From Hyalangium minutum (lineage in GTDB: Bacteria; Myxococcota; Myxococcia; Myxococcales; Myxococcaceae), in assembly GCF_000737315.1 (NCBI RefSeq), contig NZ_JMCB01000006.1:764001-1012000 (forward strand): DNA of 248,000 bases, written 5' to 3'. A program made the position numbers and the translations under genes. The notes under the pieces are model-generated. The model saw only the letters and a list, made by a program, of their open reading frames with translations, ran no database searches and was not told the DNA's origin. Below, one piece after another: positions 53,552 to 63,978 of the stretch (positions within the stretch are counted from its first letter, which is position 1; every line of letters begins with the position of its first letter).

Positions 53552-53998
53552 GTGGCGCTCCTTGGCGGGAAAAAAGACGAAGCACCCAGCACTACCACCA
53601 GCAAGCCACTGTTCAAGCGGGAGGAGGATTTCGTGTCGACGCGTCCAGGCGACATTCACACGCTGCTCGGCAAGGGGAGCGAGTTCACCGGAAAGCTCAC
53701 CTTCGAAGGTCAGGTGCGCATCGACGGTAAGTTCAATGGGGAGATCTCCACCAAGGACACCATCGTCATCGGCGATGGTGCACGTGTGGAGGCCACCATC
53801 ACCGCGGGCACCGTCATCATCCACGGCACCGTGGTGGGCAACGTCACGGCCGCCCAGATCATCGAGCTCAAGCAACCGGGCCGCGTGAAGGGCGACCTCA
53901 CCACTCCGGCGCTCACCATCGAGCGCGGTGCCTCCTATGACGGCACCTGCAAGATGGAGGGTGGCCGGCCGCCTGCTCCGGGTGGCGACAAGAAGTAG
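53552..53998 (+). CDS. Bactofilin (BacM-like position after parB)
   Basis: TLLGKGSEFTGKLTFEGQVRIDG beta-helix repeats. Confidence 0.9.
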   Translation: MALLGGKKDEAPSTTTSKPLFKREEDFVSTRPGDIHTLLGKGSEFTGKLTFEGQVRIDGKFNGEISTKDTIVIGDGARVEATITAGTVIIHGTVVGNVTAAQIIELKQPGRVKGDLTTPALTIERGASYDGTCKMEGGRPPAPGGDKK

Positions 53999-54561
53999 TG
54001 TTCCACGCTCCCCACACCGTGCTCCGGGCGTCGCTGCTGGCGCTTGCTCTGCTGGCCGCTGGCTGCCCGGAGAAGAAGGAGACGCCCGCTCCCTCACCCG
54101 GGAGCGGAGCCTCCGGGGGATTCCCTGAACGTTCGACGCCTCTCCGGGCGGGGGTGAAGGTGCCCCTGCCGCAGGGCTGGTCCGCGCTCGTGGCGGCGGA
54201 CTCCAGCTTCCAAGCAGGGCCTCCTGACCACCCAGTGCTCCGCGTGGATTTCCGCCGGGGCGAGGGTGATCATCTGCCCTCGGTCGAGGCGCTCACCCGC
54301 TCGATCCGCGAGCAGTTCTCCGAGTTCCAGGTGTCGTTGGACCAGGAGGAGGGCGACGAGAACGTCACCCTGGTTCGCATCACCCTGGCCCCCAAGCTGA
54401 CGGATGGAGGGCTCGGGCCTCACGGACCTGCGCTGATTGGCGCGCGGCGTGTCGGAGAGGATCTGTTCCTCTGTGCCACGCTGCCGGGCGCCACGGGCGA
54501 AGAGGTCCGCTTGGCCACCGAGGCCTGCCGCGACATCCAGGTCCAAGCCGCGCCGCGCTGA
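53998..54561 (+). CDS. Hypothetical lipoprotein
   Basis: Lipobox LAAGC. Confidence 0.65.
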   Translation: MFHAPHTVLRASLLALALLAAGCPEKKETPAPSPGSGASGGFPERSTPLRAGVKVPLPQGWSALVAADSSFQAGPPDHPVLRVDFRRGEGDHLPSVEALTRSIREQFSEFQVSLDQEEGDENVTLVRITLAPKLTDGGLGPHGPALIGARRVGEDLFLCATLPGATGEEVRLATEACRDIQVQAAPR

Positions 54562-54709
54562 TCAGCGCCAGGTGCCGCCGCATCGCCCATCATCACGCAC
54601 TGCCACGTCGCAGGACTGGAGGCGCGTTGCGCTTCGTGTTGCCAGAGGCAACAGGAATGGCAACTGCTGATCGTCTTGCGCGTTGTCTTTGGCGCGTTAC
54701 GTTGGCGCC

Positions 54710-55429
54710 ATGAAGGAAATCATTCCCTTCCACCAACGGCTCCAAGAACGCCTGGCCGCCCTCCAACCGCCCCGGAATCAGGCGTGGCTGGCGGAGATGG
54801 CGGGAGTGGAGCGGTCGACCATCTTCCGCCTGCTCAAGGGAGAGCGCCACCCCCGTCTGGAGCTCTTGCAGCGGCTCGCGCCGGCCCTGGGGCTCTCCGT
54901 GGACGAGCTCGTCCAGGGAACGGACGCCGAGGAGCGGGTCGCCACCGCGAGCCAGCTCATCAATCGGGAGGTCTACGACGCTGCCGTCAAGCAGCTCGCG
55001 GACTACGAGGGAAGGCTGAATGACCTGGAGGCGAAGCTGCGCGTCTCGGAGGCTTCTCTCCGTGAGGAGGAGCAGCAGCGCAGGAAGGACAGCCTTGCGC
55101 TCACGCAGGCGCGAATCGATCTGGAGCGGAGCGAGCGCGCCCTGGCGGCCACCAAGGCGCGAAACCGGCAGTTGGAGGAAGAGCTCCATCGGCACCGTGG
55201 AGCCCTCCATCAGGCCGTGGGTCGGATCTCCGTGCTCCAGGCGAAGCTCTCCCAGATGGCGAAGGCGCTGGAGGAGACCAGCGCCACGTCACGGACCGCG
55301 GCTCTCTTTGCCGGAATCGCCGCACTGACAGGAGTCGTCACCGCCGCAACCTTCCTCGGCGGGGAGAAGTCGCCCGAAGGCGACGAAGCTGAGCAGGGGA
55401 AGGCCACCAGCAAGAGGAACAGGAAATGA
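54710..55429 (+). CDS. XRE-family HTH protein with coiled coil and C-terminal TM helix
   Basis: LAEMAGVERSTIFRL HTH, heptad region, hydrophobic tail. Confidence 0.75.
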   Translation: MKEIIPFHQRLQERLAALQPPRNQAWLAEMAGVERSTIFRLLKGERHPRLELLQRLAPALGLSVDELVQGTDAEERVATASQLINREVYDAAVKQLADYEGRLNDLEAKLRVSEASLREEEQQRRKDSLALTQARIDLERSERALAATKARNRQLEEELHRHRGALHQAVGRISVLQAKLSQMAKALEETSATSRTAALFAGIAALTGVVTAATFLGGEKSPEGDEAEQGKATSKRNRK

Positions 55430-56001
55430 ACCACTACCAGGTGCTCGGCGTGGAGGAGACGGCCTCTCAAGAGACGATCAAGTCAGCGCGCCTCAAGAAG
55501 GCGAAGGAGTTCCATCCGGACACCCACCCGGGGGATCCGGCTCTGGAGGAGAAGATGAAGCGGATCAACGAGGCCTACGAAGTCCTCGGCGATGAGGAGC
55601 GCCGGAAGAAGTACGACGCGAAGCTCGCCAAGGAGCGCGCGGTGAAGAAAGAGAGCGCAGTGCCAAAGCCGACGGGGAATCCGGCAACGGCTTCGTGGGA
55701 GCAGGTCCGGAAGTCCTGGCAGGCTCAGGCCGCTCGAAGCCCGAAGCCAACTCAGCCCCCGGTGGCTGCGCAGGGTGGACCTGTCTGGCGGAAGCCCCTT
55801 GTCGTGCCTGCCATGGTGGCGCGTCCCGCCACGAAGGCCCGCTCCTCCGACAGCGGGTGGGACTTGGACACTCTCCTCAAGGTGCTCGGCACTGCTGGGG
55901 CTGCCTTCCTCACGTACAAGGTGATCCGGAACTCGGGGAGCCGCTGGGATCCCACAGTGCAGAGGCGGCGCGGGCCCGATGGCCGGTTCCGCTCTTCTTG
56001 A
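55426..56001 (+). CDS. J-domain protein with C-terminal hydrophobic helix
   Basis: NHYQVLGV, HPD motif, INEAYEVL. Confidence 0.85.
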   Translation: MNHYQVLGVEETASQETIKSARLKKAKEFHPDTHPGDPALEEKMKRINEAYEVLGDEERRKKYDAKLAKERAVKKESAVPKPTGNPATASWEQVRKSWQAQAARSPKPTQPPVAAQGGPVWRKPLVVPAMVARPATKARSSDSGWDLDTLLKVLGTAGAAFLTYKVIRNSGSRWDPTVQRRRGPDGRFRSS

Positions 56002-56291
56002 GGGGATCGGTTGCCTGCCCAGCGGCCAGAGGGGCTCGCCCCTCATTCGTACGAGGGTTCGTCGCTACCGCGCCTGAACCCCCGCGTGGGTGGAACCTCA
56101 CACCGGCGACCAGTGTCCCACCTGATGACAGGACCTTGAAGCGCGTTACGATGAACACACGCGAGGCCTTCACACAGTGGGGCTTCACGTTTGCGAAGCG
56201 AATTCATAACCTAGCGCTTACGTCCAAGTACTGGACTGCCGTGGTGGGCATCCCTCCCAGGTGCCCACACTTCCATGAAGGAGTGAAAGCA

Positions 56292-56432
56292 ATGGCTCTC
56301 CCCGAGTTGCTCTCCCCCGCAATCAGCATCGCAGGGGTGCTCCTGATTGGACTGATCACCGCAGCGCTCGCGGGCCGTCAGGCCCGCCCGCAGCCGGTGC
56401 CCGTCCGCCGCAACCCGCCGCGCCGCCGCTAA
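56292..56432 (+). CDS. 46 aa single-TM peptide with basic tail
   Basis: AAGGAG RBS; MALPELLSPAISIAGVLLIGLITAALAGRQARPQPVPVRRNPPRRR. Confidence 0.55.
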   Translation: MALPELLSPAISIAGVLLIGLITAALAGRQARPQPVPVRRNPPRRR

Positions 56433-56471
56433 GCCCGATTCGCGGCTCGAGCAGTCGCTGAGGGCCGCGCT

Positions 56472-57290
56472 TCAGTGCGAGTGAGCGCGCGCCAGGCGCT
56501 GAGCGGTGCGGAAGAGCTGAGAGCAGGAGTAGTCCAGAGGCGCCTCTTGGTTCTGGAGAGCATGGCGGGCCCGGAGGAAGGGCAGCCAGGCCCTGTAACC
56601 GACGATGACAGCGGCCTCTTCCAACTTCTTGCGCGGCACCCAGCGGCCGCCGAGTCCGTCCACCAAGTAGCGGCCGAGGAAGGCTCCCAGGGCGGGGACG
56701 AGCGTCTCTCGCTGTGCATGGGTCAGGCGCTTGCCCCAATGCATGTGCCACAGGTGCCAGTCGAGGTGAGGCAGGGCCTCCAGCGTGCCCTTCATGACCT
56801 GGGGCACCTCCTTTTCGAACAGGGCGACGAGCTGCTCGGCGTAGAGCCCCTCGTAGGTGTCGATGGCGGCCTGGACGCTGTCCACATCCGGCGCAGGAGC
56901 CTGGGCGGTGGGTAACCATTCCGAGACGGGAGGAGGGTGGTAGCGGTTGAGGCGCTCGACGAGGGCGCGATTGCCGCACCCGCCCTCAAACTCGGCCTCC
57001 ATGCGGAGGATGTCGGCGACGTCGGGGTCGAACTCCAGGGGGATGGGAGAGAACTCGAGCGAGCGCTGGCGCAGGGTGGCCAGGGTGGATTCCAGGGAGA
57101 GCTCGGGGCGCAGGTGGACGAGGGCGCGGGCCTGAGCGAGGCGGGACTCCTCGGAGTCGAAGTCCGCGGGCGTGGGGCGAGTGAGCCAGAGGACGGCGCC
57201 GTGGGGCAGCTCCTCCATGAGGGCTGCAGCGAGGCCAGCAGGGCCAAGAGCACCCAAGCGCACAGGCGTGGCATGCGTGGAGCCTGTCAT
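56472..57290 (-). CDS. Hypothetical protein, possibly N-terminally truncated
   Basis: 272 aa ORF with coding-like bias. Confidence 0.5.
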   Translation of the reverse strand: MTGSTHATPVRLGALGPAGLAAALMEELPHGAVLWLTRPTPADFDSEESRLAQARALVHLRPELSLESTLATLRQRSLEFSPIPLEFDPDVADILRMEAEFEGGCGNRALVERLNRYHPPPVSEWLPTAQAPAPDVDSVQAAIDTYEGLYAEQLVALFEKEVPQVMKGTLEALPHLDWHLWHMHWGKRLTHAQRETLVPALGAFLGRYLVDGLGGRWVPRKKLEEAAVIVGYRAWLPFLRARHALQNQEAPLDYSCSQLFRTAQRLARAHSH

Positions 57291-57332
57291 CGCCCCTGGG
57301 TGGGAGGAAGGACCTCTTGGCTCTCGCGGCCC

Positions 57333-58346
57333 TCAGCGCTTGAAGGAGAGCGAGAGCGCGAAGTCCTCCGCCGCGTCCGTCCACCATGAGGAGAGCTGGA
57401 GCCCCGCAGCGGCCAGCTCCGCCTCCACCTGCTCTGGACGGAACTTGCAGCTCACCTCCGTGCGCAGCACCTCGCCCTCCTCGAAGTGCGCGAAGCGCTC
57501 GAGCGCCGGCAGCCGCACCACCTGCTCCCGCAGCGAGATGAGCCGCATCTCGATCCAGCTGTGCTCCTCGTCGAAGGGTGCCAGGTGCGCGAAGGCTTCC
57601 ACGTCGAAGTCCGCCCCCAGCTCGCGGTTCAGCACCCGCAGCACGTTGCGGTTGAACTCGGCCGTCACCCCCGCCCGGTCGTTGTAGGCCGCGAAGAGGC
57701 GATCCCTGCACTTGATCAGGTCCGTGCCCAGCAGCAGCCCGTCGCCTGGCTCCAAGCCCTCGGCCACCTCGCGGAAGAAGTGTGCGCGCTGCTCCGGCTT
57801 GAAGTTGCCGATGGTGCCCCCCAGGAAGGCCACCAGCCTTCGCCCTCCGCGCGGAAGGCGTCCCAGGTGGCGCTCGAAGTCTCCCACCACCGCGTGCACG
57901 GACACTCGCGGGTACTGCCGCGCGAGCCGCTCCGCCGCGCTCCGCAGGAAGGCCTCGCTCACGTCGAACGGCACGAAGCGCCGCAGCTGCCCCGCCTCCT
58001 GGAACGCGTCCAGCAACAGCCGTGTCTTCTCGCTCGTGCCGCTGCCGAGCTCGATGAGCGTGTCCGCGCCGCTCACCCGGGCGATCTCCGCCGCGCGCGC
58101 CTCGAGGATCTCCCGCTCGCGCCGCGTGGGGTAGTACTCGGGCAGCCGGGTGATGTCGTCGAAGAGCTGGCTGCCGCGCTCGTCATAGAGCCACTTCGGC
58201 GACAGCTCCTTGGGGCGCCCGCACAGCCCCGCCTCCGCTTCCTCGCAGAGCGCTCGCCGCGCGTCTCCCGGACGCACGTGCACGTCCACGGTGACCGGCT
58301 GCTGCCGCGTGACTCCTGTCCTCTGCTCCCTCCACAGGTAGATCAA
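57333..58346 (-). CDS. egtD: L-histidine N-alpha-methyltransferase
   Basis: PKWLYDERGSQLF, ELGSGTSEKT, adjacent egtB. Confidence 0.92.
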   Translation of the reverse strand: MIYLWREQRTGVTRQQPVTVDVHVRPGDARRALCEEAEAGLCGRPKELSPKWLYDERGSQLFDDITRLPEYYPTRREREILEARAAEIARVSGADTLIELGSGTSEKTRLLLDAFQEAGQLRRFVPFDVSEAFLRSAAERLARQYPRVSVHAVVGDFERHLGRLPRGGRRLVAFLGGTIGNFKPEQRAHFFREVAEGLEPGDGLLLGTDLIKCRDRLFAAYNDRAGVTAEFNRNVLRVLNRELGADFDVEAFAHLAPFDEEHSWIEMRLISLREQVVRLPALERFAHFEEGEVLRTEVSCKFRPEQVEAELAAAGLQLSSWWTDAAEDFALSLSFKR

Positions 58347-59674
58347 TTCGCGTCCCTCGCACAGCGGAAGCCGGCGAAGATCTGCCGGCGGATCGGGTAG
58401 TCCCAGTTGCGGAAACTGTTGCGCACGGCCACCGGGGCGCTCGCCCACGCGCCGCCTCGCAGCACCTTGTAGTCACTGCCGAAAAACACCTCCGAGTACT
58501 CGCGGTAGGGGAAGGCTCGGAAGCCCGCGTAGCCGCCGAAGTCGCTCGCCGTCCATTCCCACACGTCCCCGAGCAGCCCCCACACGCCGTCCGCACTCCG
58601 GCCCTCGGGGAATGCACCCACCGGCGCTGGGCCCCAGGTGTCTCCGCCCAGGTTCGCGTGCGCCGCCGTGGGCGCCGTGTGGCCCCAGGGGTGCTCGCGC
58701 GGCGTGCCGTCGCTGCCCACCGCGGCCTTCTCCCACTCGGCCTCCGTGGGCAGGCGCTTGCCGGCCCAGCGCGCGTACGCGTCCGCCTCGTACCAGCTCA
58801 CGTGCTGCACGGGCTCGTCCTTGGGCAGCGCCTCCACCCAGCCGAAGCGCCGCCGCAGCCACACGTGCTGGCCCTGCGGCAGCCAGAAGAGGGGATGCGC
58901 CAGCCTCTCGGCCTGCACGTACGCCCAGCCCTTCGGGTGCCACCACCGCGGATCCTCGTAGCCGCCCGCCTCCACGAACACGAGGTAGTCCCCGTTCGTC
59001 ACCGGGTGCGCATCGAGAAAGAACGGCGCCACGTCCACCGTGTGCACGGGGCGCTCGTTGTCGTACGCCCAGGCCCCGTCACTGCCCAGGCTCACCGGTC
59101 CGCCCGAGATCAGCACCTCGTGCTGCGGCACGGCACCGGGGCGGGGACGCTCGCGCGCGGCCGGGCGGTACTCGAACGTCGTCATCAGCTGCAGCGTGGC
59201 GGCGAGCGTCTCCGCGTGCTGCTGCTCGTGCTGCGCCACCATGCCGAACACGAAGCCGTCTCTCAGCAGCGGCTCGGGCGAGTCCTCCGGCACCGTGTCC
59301 AGGTGCTCGCGCACGGCCTCGCGCACGCGCGCGGCGTACGCGAAGGCTTCAGCGGGAGCCAGCAATGGCAGCTGGGAGCGGGTGCGGCGCGGGTGCTGGA
59401 AGGCGTCGTAGATGGCGTCGAAGGACGGATCCGTGAGGGCCTTGCCTCCGAGCGAACGCAGCAGCCACTGCTCCTCGTAGTTGGCCACGTGCGCCACGTC
59501 CCAGACGAGCGGCGACATCAGCGGCGAGTGCTGACGCACCAGCTCCGGCTCCGGCAAGCCGGCCAGCATGCCCAGCGTCCGGGCCCGCGCGGTCTCCAGC
59601 TCCCGCAGGGCACGAGCCTTCCACGGGCCTCCTGTGACATGCCTCGCTCTCGCCACGCTGCCGCCGCCTGACAT
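58343..59674 (-). CDS. egtB: Ergothioneine biosynthesis sulfoxide synthase
   Basis: MSPLVWDVAH, QHEQQH, FGE-sulfatase C-domain. Confidence 0.92.
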   Translation of the reverse strand: MSGGGSVARARHVTGGPWKARALRELETARARTLGMLAGLPEPELVRQHSPLMSPLVWDVAHVANYEEQWLLRSLGGKALTDPSFDAIYDAFQHPRRTRSQLPLLAPAEAFAYAARVREAVREHLDTVPEDSPEPLLRDGFVFGMVAQHEQQHAETLAATLQLMTTFEYRPAARERPRPGAVPQHEVLISGGPVSLGSDGAWAYDNERPVHTVDVAPFFLDAHPVTNGDYLVFVEAGGYEDPRWWHPKGWAYVQAERLAHPLFWLPQGQHVWLRRRFGWVEALPKDEPVQHVSWYEADAYARWAGKRLPTEAEWEKAAVGSDGTPREHPWGHTAPTAAHANLGGDTWGPAPVGAFPEGRSADGVWGLLGDVWEWTASDFGGYAGFRAFPYREYSEVFFGSDYKVLRGGAWASAPVAVRNSFRNWDYPIRRQIFAGFRCARDAN

Positions 59675-59884
59675 AGCCCCTCCCAAGTTAGGGAGGCCGA
59701 TCCGGATTGGCAGCGCCTCGGACTGCTGGGCTGCCCTGTGCCGGATACTTCCTTCGGCTTCGCCCCGAGGGGCGCTCCGAGGCCTCCTGCCCTCTTGCGT
59801 TGCTTCCGCCAGAGAGAACCTGTCAGGGAGGAGGTTTGAATGCAAACGATTAGACGGGGGAGACGGGCGTCTTCCCGGGACCGC

Positions 59885-60538
59885 TCACTCCTTGACGATC
59901 TTCACGTTGAAGTACGGCGTCTTCAGCGCGCCCCACAGGCGCAGCCACAGGGGCAGATAGGACTCCGTGCCGCGCGCGGTGGTGATGTCGCCCAGGTCCA
60001 CCAGCTCCTTCCAGCCGAACTGCGTCTTGAGGAACTCGCCCACTTTGGCCTTGGCCGCCGTGTCGTTGCCGCTGATGAACATCACATGGTCCCCCCCGCC
60101 AATCCTCCCGGGGTTCACCATGATCTCCGCCGTCACCGTGTTCAGCGTCTTGATGACGTGGGTCTCCGGGAACGCCGCCTGGAGGCGCTCGCCCAGCGAG
60201 TCCGTGTTCCCCGCGAACAGCGTGGGCGGCATGCCCTTGGAGAAGTCCAGCGGGTTGGAGATGTCGATGAGGATCTTCCCCTTGAGGCTGCCCGCCCCGG
60301 CCGCGTTCAGCGCGTCCAGCGCTCCCGCGCCCGAGGTGCAGTTGAAGATCAGCTCGCCGAACCCCGCCGCGTCCGCGAACGTGCCCTGAGAGGCCTTGGC
60401 GCCCGCCTTCTTCGCCCACGCCACCGCCTTCTCGTTGTTCGCCGTGCGCGAGCCCATCTTCACCTCGTGGCCCAGCGCCACGAGCTTGGTGCCAATCGTC
60501 GCGCCCACCATGCCGGTACCGAAGACTCCGATCTTCAT
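59885..60538 (-). CDS. F420-dependent NADP oxidoreductase family protein
   Basis: GTGMVG Rossmann, DISNPLDF. Confidence 0.85.
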   Translation of the reverse strand: MKIGVFGTGMVGATIGTKLVALGHEVKMGSRTANNEKAVAWAKKAGAKASQGTFADAAGFGELIFNCTSGAGALDALNAAGAGSLKGKILIDISNPLDFSKGMPPTLFAGNTDSLGERLQAAFPETHVIKTLNTVTAEIMVNPGRIGGGDHVMFISGNDTAAKAKVGEFLKTQFGWKELVDLGDITTARGTESYLPLWLRLWGALKTPYFNVKIVKE

Positions 60539-60647
60539 CGCGTGCTCCTCCGTGAATGCGTGCGAGGAGAAAAGTACCGGAGCACCCCCAGGTTGAGAAT
60601 CACCCGCCCGCTCAACCTTCCGTCAACTTCCGGTTAACAATGCAGGC

Positions 60648-61544
60648 ATGGACCTGTTCTCCGGAGTGCTCCCTTTCCTCCACACCGCGGAGGAGCGCAG
60701 CTTCCGCAAAGCCGCCGCGCAGCTCGGGGTGACGACGGCCGCCGTCAGCAAGGCCGTGGCCCGGCTCGAGGCGGACCTAGGCATCACCTTGCTCCACCGC
60801 ACCTCGCGCCACGTCTCCCTCACCCCCGAGGGCGCCACCTTCTTGGAGCACTGCCGCGAGGCGGTGACGCGGCTGCAGGCCGGGCGCGAGCTGCTCGCCC
60901 AGGCCCAGAAGGTCGCCGAGGGCGAGCTCAAGGTCTCCATGCCCCTCATCCTCGGCCGCGTGGTGGTGCCCGAGCTGGGGCGCCTGTCCGCCCGCCACCC
61001 GCGCCTGTCCTTCAACCTGTCGCTCACGGATCGCTTCTCGCGCTTGGCCGAGGAGAGTGTGGATGTCGCAGTCCGCATCGGCGAGCTGGAGGACTCGAGC
61101 CTCGTCTCGCGCACCCTGCGCGTGCCGCAGTGGGTGACGGTGGCCTCGCCCGCGTACCTCGGCCGCAGCGGCACGCCCCGTCATTACAAGGAGCTGGAGC
61201 GCCACGCGTGTCTGAAGTTCGTCACGCCCGCGGGCATCTCGCGCGAGTGGGAGTTCCGCGATCGCCGCGAGGCCCGCCCCCGCACGGTGCGGACGCCGGA
61301 CTCGTTCCGAATCGATCACGGAGAGCTGTTGGTGGAGGCCGCCGTGTCGGGGCTCGGCATCTGCCAGGCCTTCGACTTCATGGTGACCGAGCACCTGCGC
61401 GCCGGGCGGCTCGTGGAGGTGCTGGCGCCCTACGCCGCGGAGGGTCCGCCCATCCGCGCCCTGTGCCTGCCCCGGCGCCAGTCCACGCCGCGCGTCCGGG
61501 TGTTCCTCGACTTCCTTCAGCAGGTGCTGCGGCGCGAGCGCTGA
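60648..61544 (+). CDS. LysR family regulator
   Basis: SFRKAAAQLG HTH, LHRTSRHVSLT. Confidence 0.92.
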   Translation: MDLFSGVLPFLHTAEERSFRKAAAQLGVTTAAVSKAVARLEADLGITLLHRTSRHVSLTPEGATFLEHCREAVTRLQAGRELLAQAQKVAEGELKVSMPLILGRVVVPELGRLSARHPRLSFNLSLTDRFSRLAEESVDVAVRIGELEDSSLVSRTLRVPQWVTVASPAYLGRSGTPRHYKELERHACLKFVTPAGISREWEFRDRREARPRTVRTPDSFRIDHGELLVEAAVSGLGICQAFDFMVTEHLRAGRLVEVLAPYAAEGPPIRALCLPRRQSTPRVRVFLDFLQQVLRRER

Positions 61545-61588
61545 GCCCCGCCGGCCCGGGGTTCTCGCGCCCGAGCGGAGGCGGTGGG

Positions 61589-61972
61589 CTACGGGGCGCC
61601 GCAGGCGAGCCACTCGCTCAACTTGCGCCGGTCCTCCACCGACGGCTTCTCCCCATCCGGAGGCATGCTCTCGTTGGTGACGGTGGCGCTGGCGCCCGAC
61701 TGCTTGTCGATCTCTTTGGCCTCGGCGTGGATCCCCTCCATGGTGTTGAAGTTCAGATCGCCCGGAGCGCCATGGCGCTCCGAGCCCGAGAGCGCCGAGT
61801 TGTGACAACGCGTGCAGTACACGCTCATGAAGCTCTGGCCGAAGTTCTGGTAGCTGAGCGAGGTGCCGCTCGTGGGGCACTTGGTCTGGGTGTCTTCTCC
61901 GCCCCCGCACGCGGAGAGCAGCAGGGAGGCGCCCGCGAAGGCGCCGAGCAGGGATTTGAGCCAAGGGGACAT
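61589..61972 (-). CDS. Small c-type cytochrome lipoprotein
   Basis: Lipobox LSAC, CTRCH, MPP. Confidence 0.8.
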   Translation of the reverse strand: MSPWLKSLLGAFAGASLLLSACGGGEDTQTKCPTSGTSLSYQNFGQSFMSVYCTRCHNSALSGSERHGAPGDLNFNTMEGIHAEAKEIDKQSGASATVTNESMPPDGEKPSVEDRRKLSEWLACGAP

Positions 61973-62218
61973 GAGTTCTCCTGAACAGGGCCCGAGGAAG
62001 CAGGCAAGGCCCCGCTCTGCCTTAACGAGGGGCGGTCCCGAGCACCAGGGTCCCAAGGGAGGAGGGGATGTCTCCCTGCTCACTCGAAGAGCGAGGGCCC
62101 TCGCCTCCCGCCCGCCCCGTCTCCCCTCCGTCCGTTGGATGACAACTCTTCTCCCAGGTGCCTCGTGGCGAGGCCCCTCCGCGCGATCAGCGCTGGAGCC
62201 ACACGAGGAGGCATCAAC

Positions 62219-62767
62219 ATGGCCTGGTCGAAGACACCCTGGGCAGCATGGAACGGCCTGGGCTTCGGTCTGGTCGCGGGCGCCGTGTTCGCCGTGGCCG
62301 AGTGCCTCGCCTCCCTGGTGGGCGGGCAGGGCCTCATGGCGCCGGTGCGCTACGCGGCCAGCGTCCTGCTGGGAGTCCGTGCGCTTACCGAGGGCCCACT
62401 CGGGCTCATGCTCGCCGCCGGGCTCGCCGTGCACTTCGGACTGTCGGCCCTCTTCGGCCTGGCCTACGCGCTGATCGACGCGCGCCTGTCTCCCGAGCTG
62501 CGGCCCAAGGTGTCGCACCAGACCGCGGTGGGCATGCTGTTCGCGCTCGGAGTCTGGGGGGTGACGTTCCAGTTCGTCGCCCGCGGCTACTACCCGTGGT
62601 TCCTGGAGAACACGCCCCAGTTCTTCCAGCTGCTGCTGCACGCGCTCTTCTTCGGCGCTCCACTGGGGCTGCTCTTCGCCGCCGCCGAGCGCCGCCGCGT
62701 GGCCATCGCCCTGTTCGAGCAGGCCGCGCAGCAAGAGCACTCATCCGAGGGGAGGAGAGGGACATGA
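62219..62767 (+). CDS. Membrane protein (4 TM)
   Basis: GGAGG RBS, hydrophobic segments. Confidence 0.65.
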   Translation: MAWSKTPWAAWNGLGFGLVAGAVFAVAECLASLVGGQGLMAPVRYAASVLLGVRALTEGPLGLMLAAGLAVHFGLSALFGLAYALIDARLSPELRPKVSHQTAVGMLFALGVWGVTFQFVARGYYPWFLENTPQFFQLLLHALFFGAPLGLLFAAAERRRVAIALFEQAAQQEHSSEGRRGT

Positions 62768-63360
62768 AGCGATTCGCGAAGTGGGTGGGTGGTGTCTGGC
62801 TGGCCGCGAGCGCGGTGGCGTGCGCCGGAGCGAACCGGGAAGTCCCGCTGTTGGACGAGCACCCCGTGAGCGCCAGCGCGGGGCAGGGGGGCGGCGCGGA
62901 GATCGACACGGGCGAGTGGGCTTGGATGAACGAGACGCGCAAGAGCGCCCAGGCCCGGCACAAGCTCTATGAGCAGGTGAGCGAGGAGCTCGGCCTGGAT
63001 GAGCGGGACTCCGCCGTGCACCGCAGGGCTCCCGGCCGGAAGGGGGGCGGGGTGGGGGGAAGCGGAATGGCCGGTGGGGAGCGCCGGAGCTGTGCCGAAG
63101 TGCTCGCCGCCGGGGAGCCCGCCGCCCTGGTGTCCGGCACGCTGGACTTCGCGCAGGACGGGCTGCTCACCGTGAATGTGCCCGGCCAGGGGCCCATGAA
63201 GCTGCGCACCGATGCGAGCACGTGCGCCGTCCAGGCCCGGCACGCGCTGGCTCCCGAGTCCCTGCTCGAGGGCGGCGAGGTGCGTGTCTCCTATATTCTG
63301 GAGGACGGACTGCCCACGGCTCGGGTCATCCGCGCCGAGCCCCTGCGCTTCACCCACTGA
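62764..63360 (+). CDS. Hypothetical lipoprotein
   Basis: Lipobox AVAC, ATGA overlap. Confidence 0.65.
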   Translation: MKRFAKWVGGVWLAASAVACAGANREVPLLDEHPVSASAGQGGGAEIDTGEWAWMNETRKSAQARHKLYEQVSEELGLDERDSAVHRRAPGRKGGGVGGSGMAGGERRSCAEVLAAGEPAALVSGTLDFAQDGLLTVNVPGQGPMKLRTDASTCAVQARHALAPESLLEGGEVRVSYILEDGLPTARVIRAEPLRFTH

Positions 63361-63533
63361 AGCAGGGATTCCGGGAGGTGCTGCCAGCCCCGGGGCTGGT
63401 GCCCCTCCGCCCTCCAGGCCGTCTGAATCCAGGCCCTCGAACAAACGTTTGAGGTATGATGAAAGGACATCACCCTGAGGGTTACCTGGAGGGCGACCTG
63501 GGTGGGGCCGTGTGCCCCCTGGACCCGACTGCA

Positions 63534-63968
63534 ATGGCGAAATTCGAAACCATGGAAAAGCCGCTGGCGAGCATCCTCGGCCTGGCCGTGCGCACTGCCC
63601 GCTTGCGCGCGGGATTGACCCAGGAGGACGTGGCCGAGCGCATTGGCATGGCCTCGGAGGTGTACGGGCGCATGGAGCGCGGGCAGATGCTGCCACGTGT
63701 GGAGAACCTGCGGCGGCTGTGCCTGGTGCTCAACGTGCCGCCCCACGAGCTGCTCGGCCTGGACTCCGCCGACTTCCGGGGCGTCTTCCCCGTGGAGGAG
63801 GTGAAGCCCCGCTCGGATGACTCCGCCGACATGCGCCGCCTGCTGCGGCGGCTGCGCAAGCTCAGCGCCACCCAGGTGAAGCTGCTCAGCCAAATCTCCG
63901 GCGCGATGATGGCCCGGGGCCGCAACACCCGGAACCGCCGGCGCCTGTCCCTGCTCGAGCCCGAGTGA
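63534..63968 (+). CDS. XRE-family HTH regulator
   Basis: LTQEDVAERIG..YGRMERG. Confidence 0.85.
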   Translation: MAKFETMEKPLASILGLAVRTARLRAGLTQEDVAERIGMASEVYGRMERGQMLPRVENLRRLCLVLNVPPHELLGLDSADFRGVFPVEEVKPRSDDSADMRRLLRRLRKLSATQVKLLSQISGAMMARGRNTRNRRRLSLLEPE

Positions 63969-63978
63969 GGGCCGTGGC

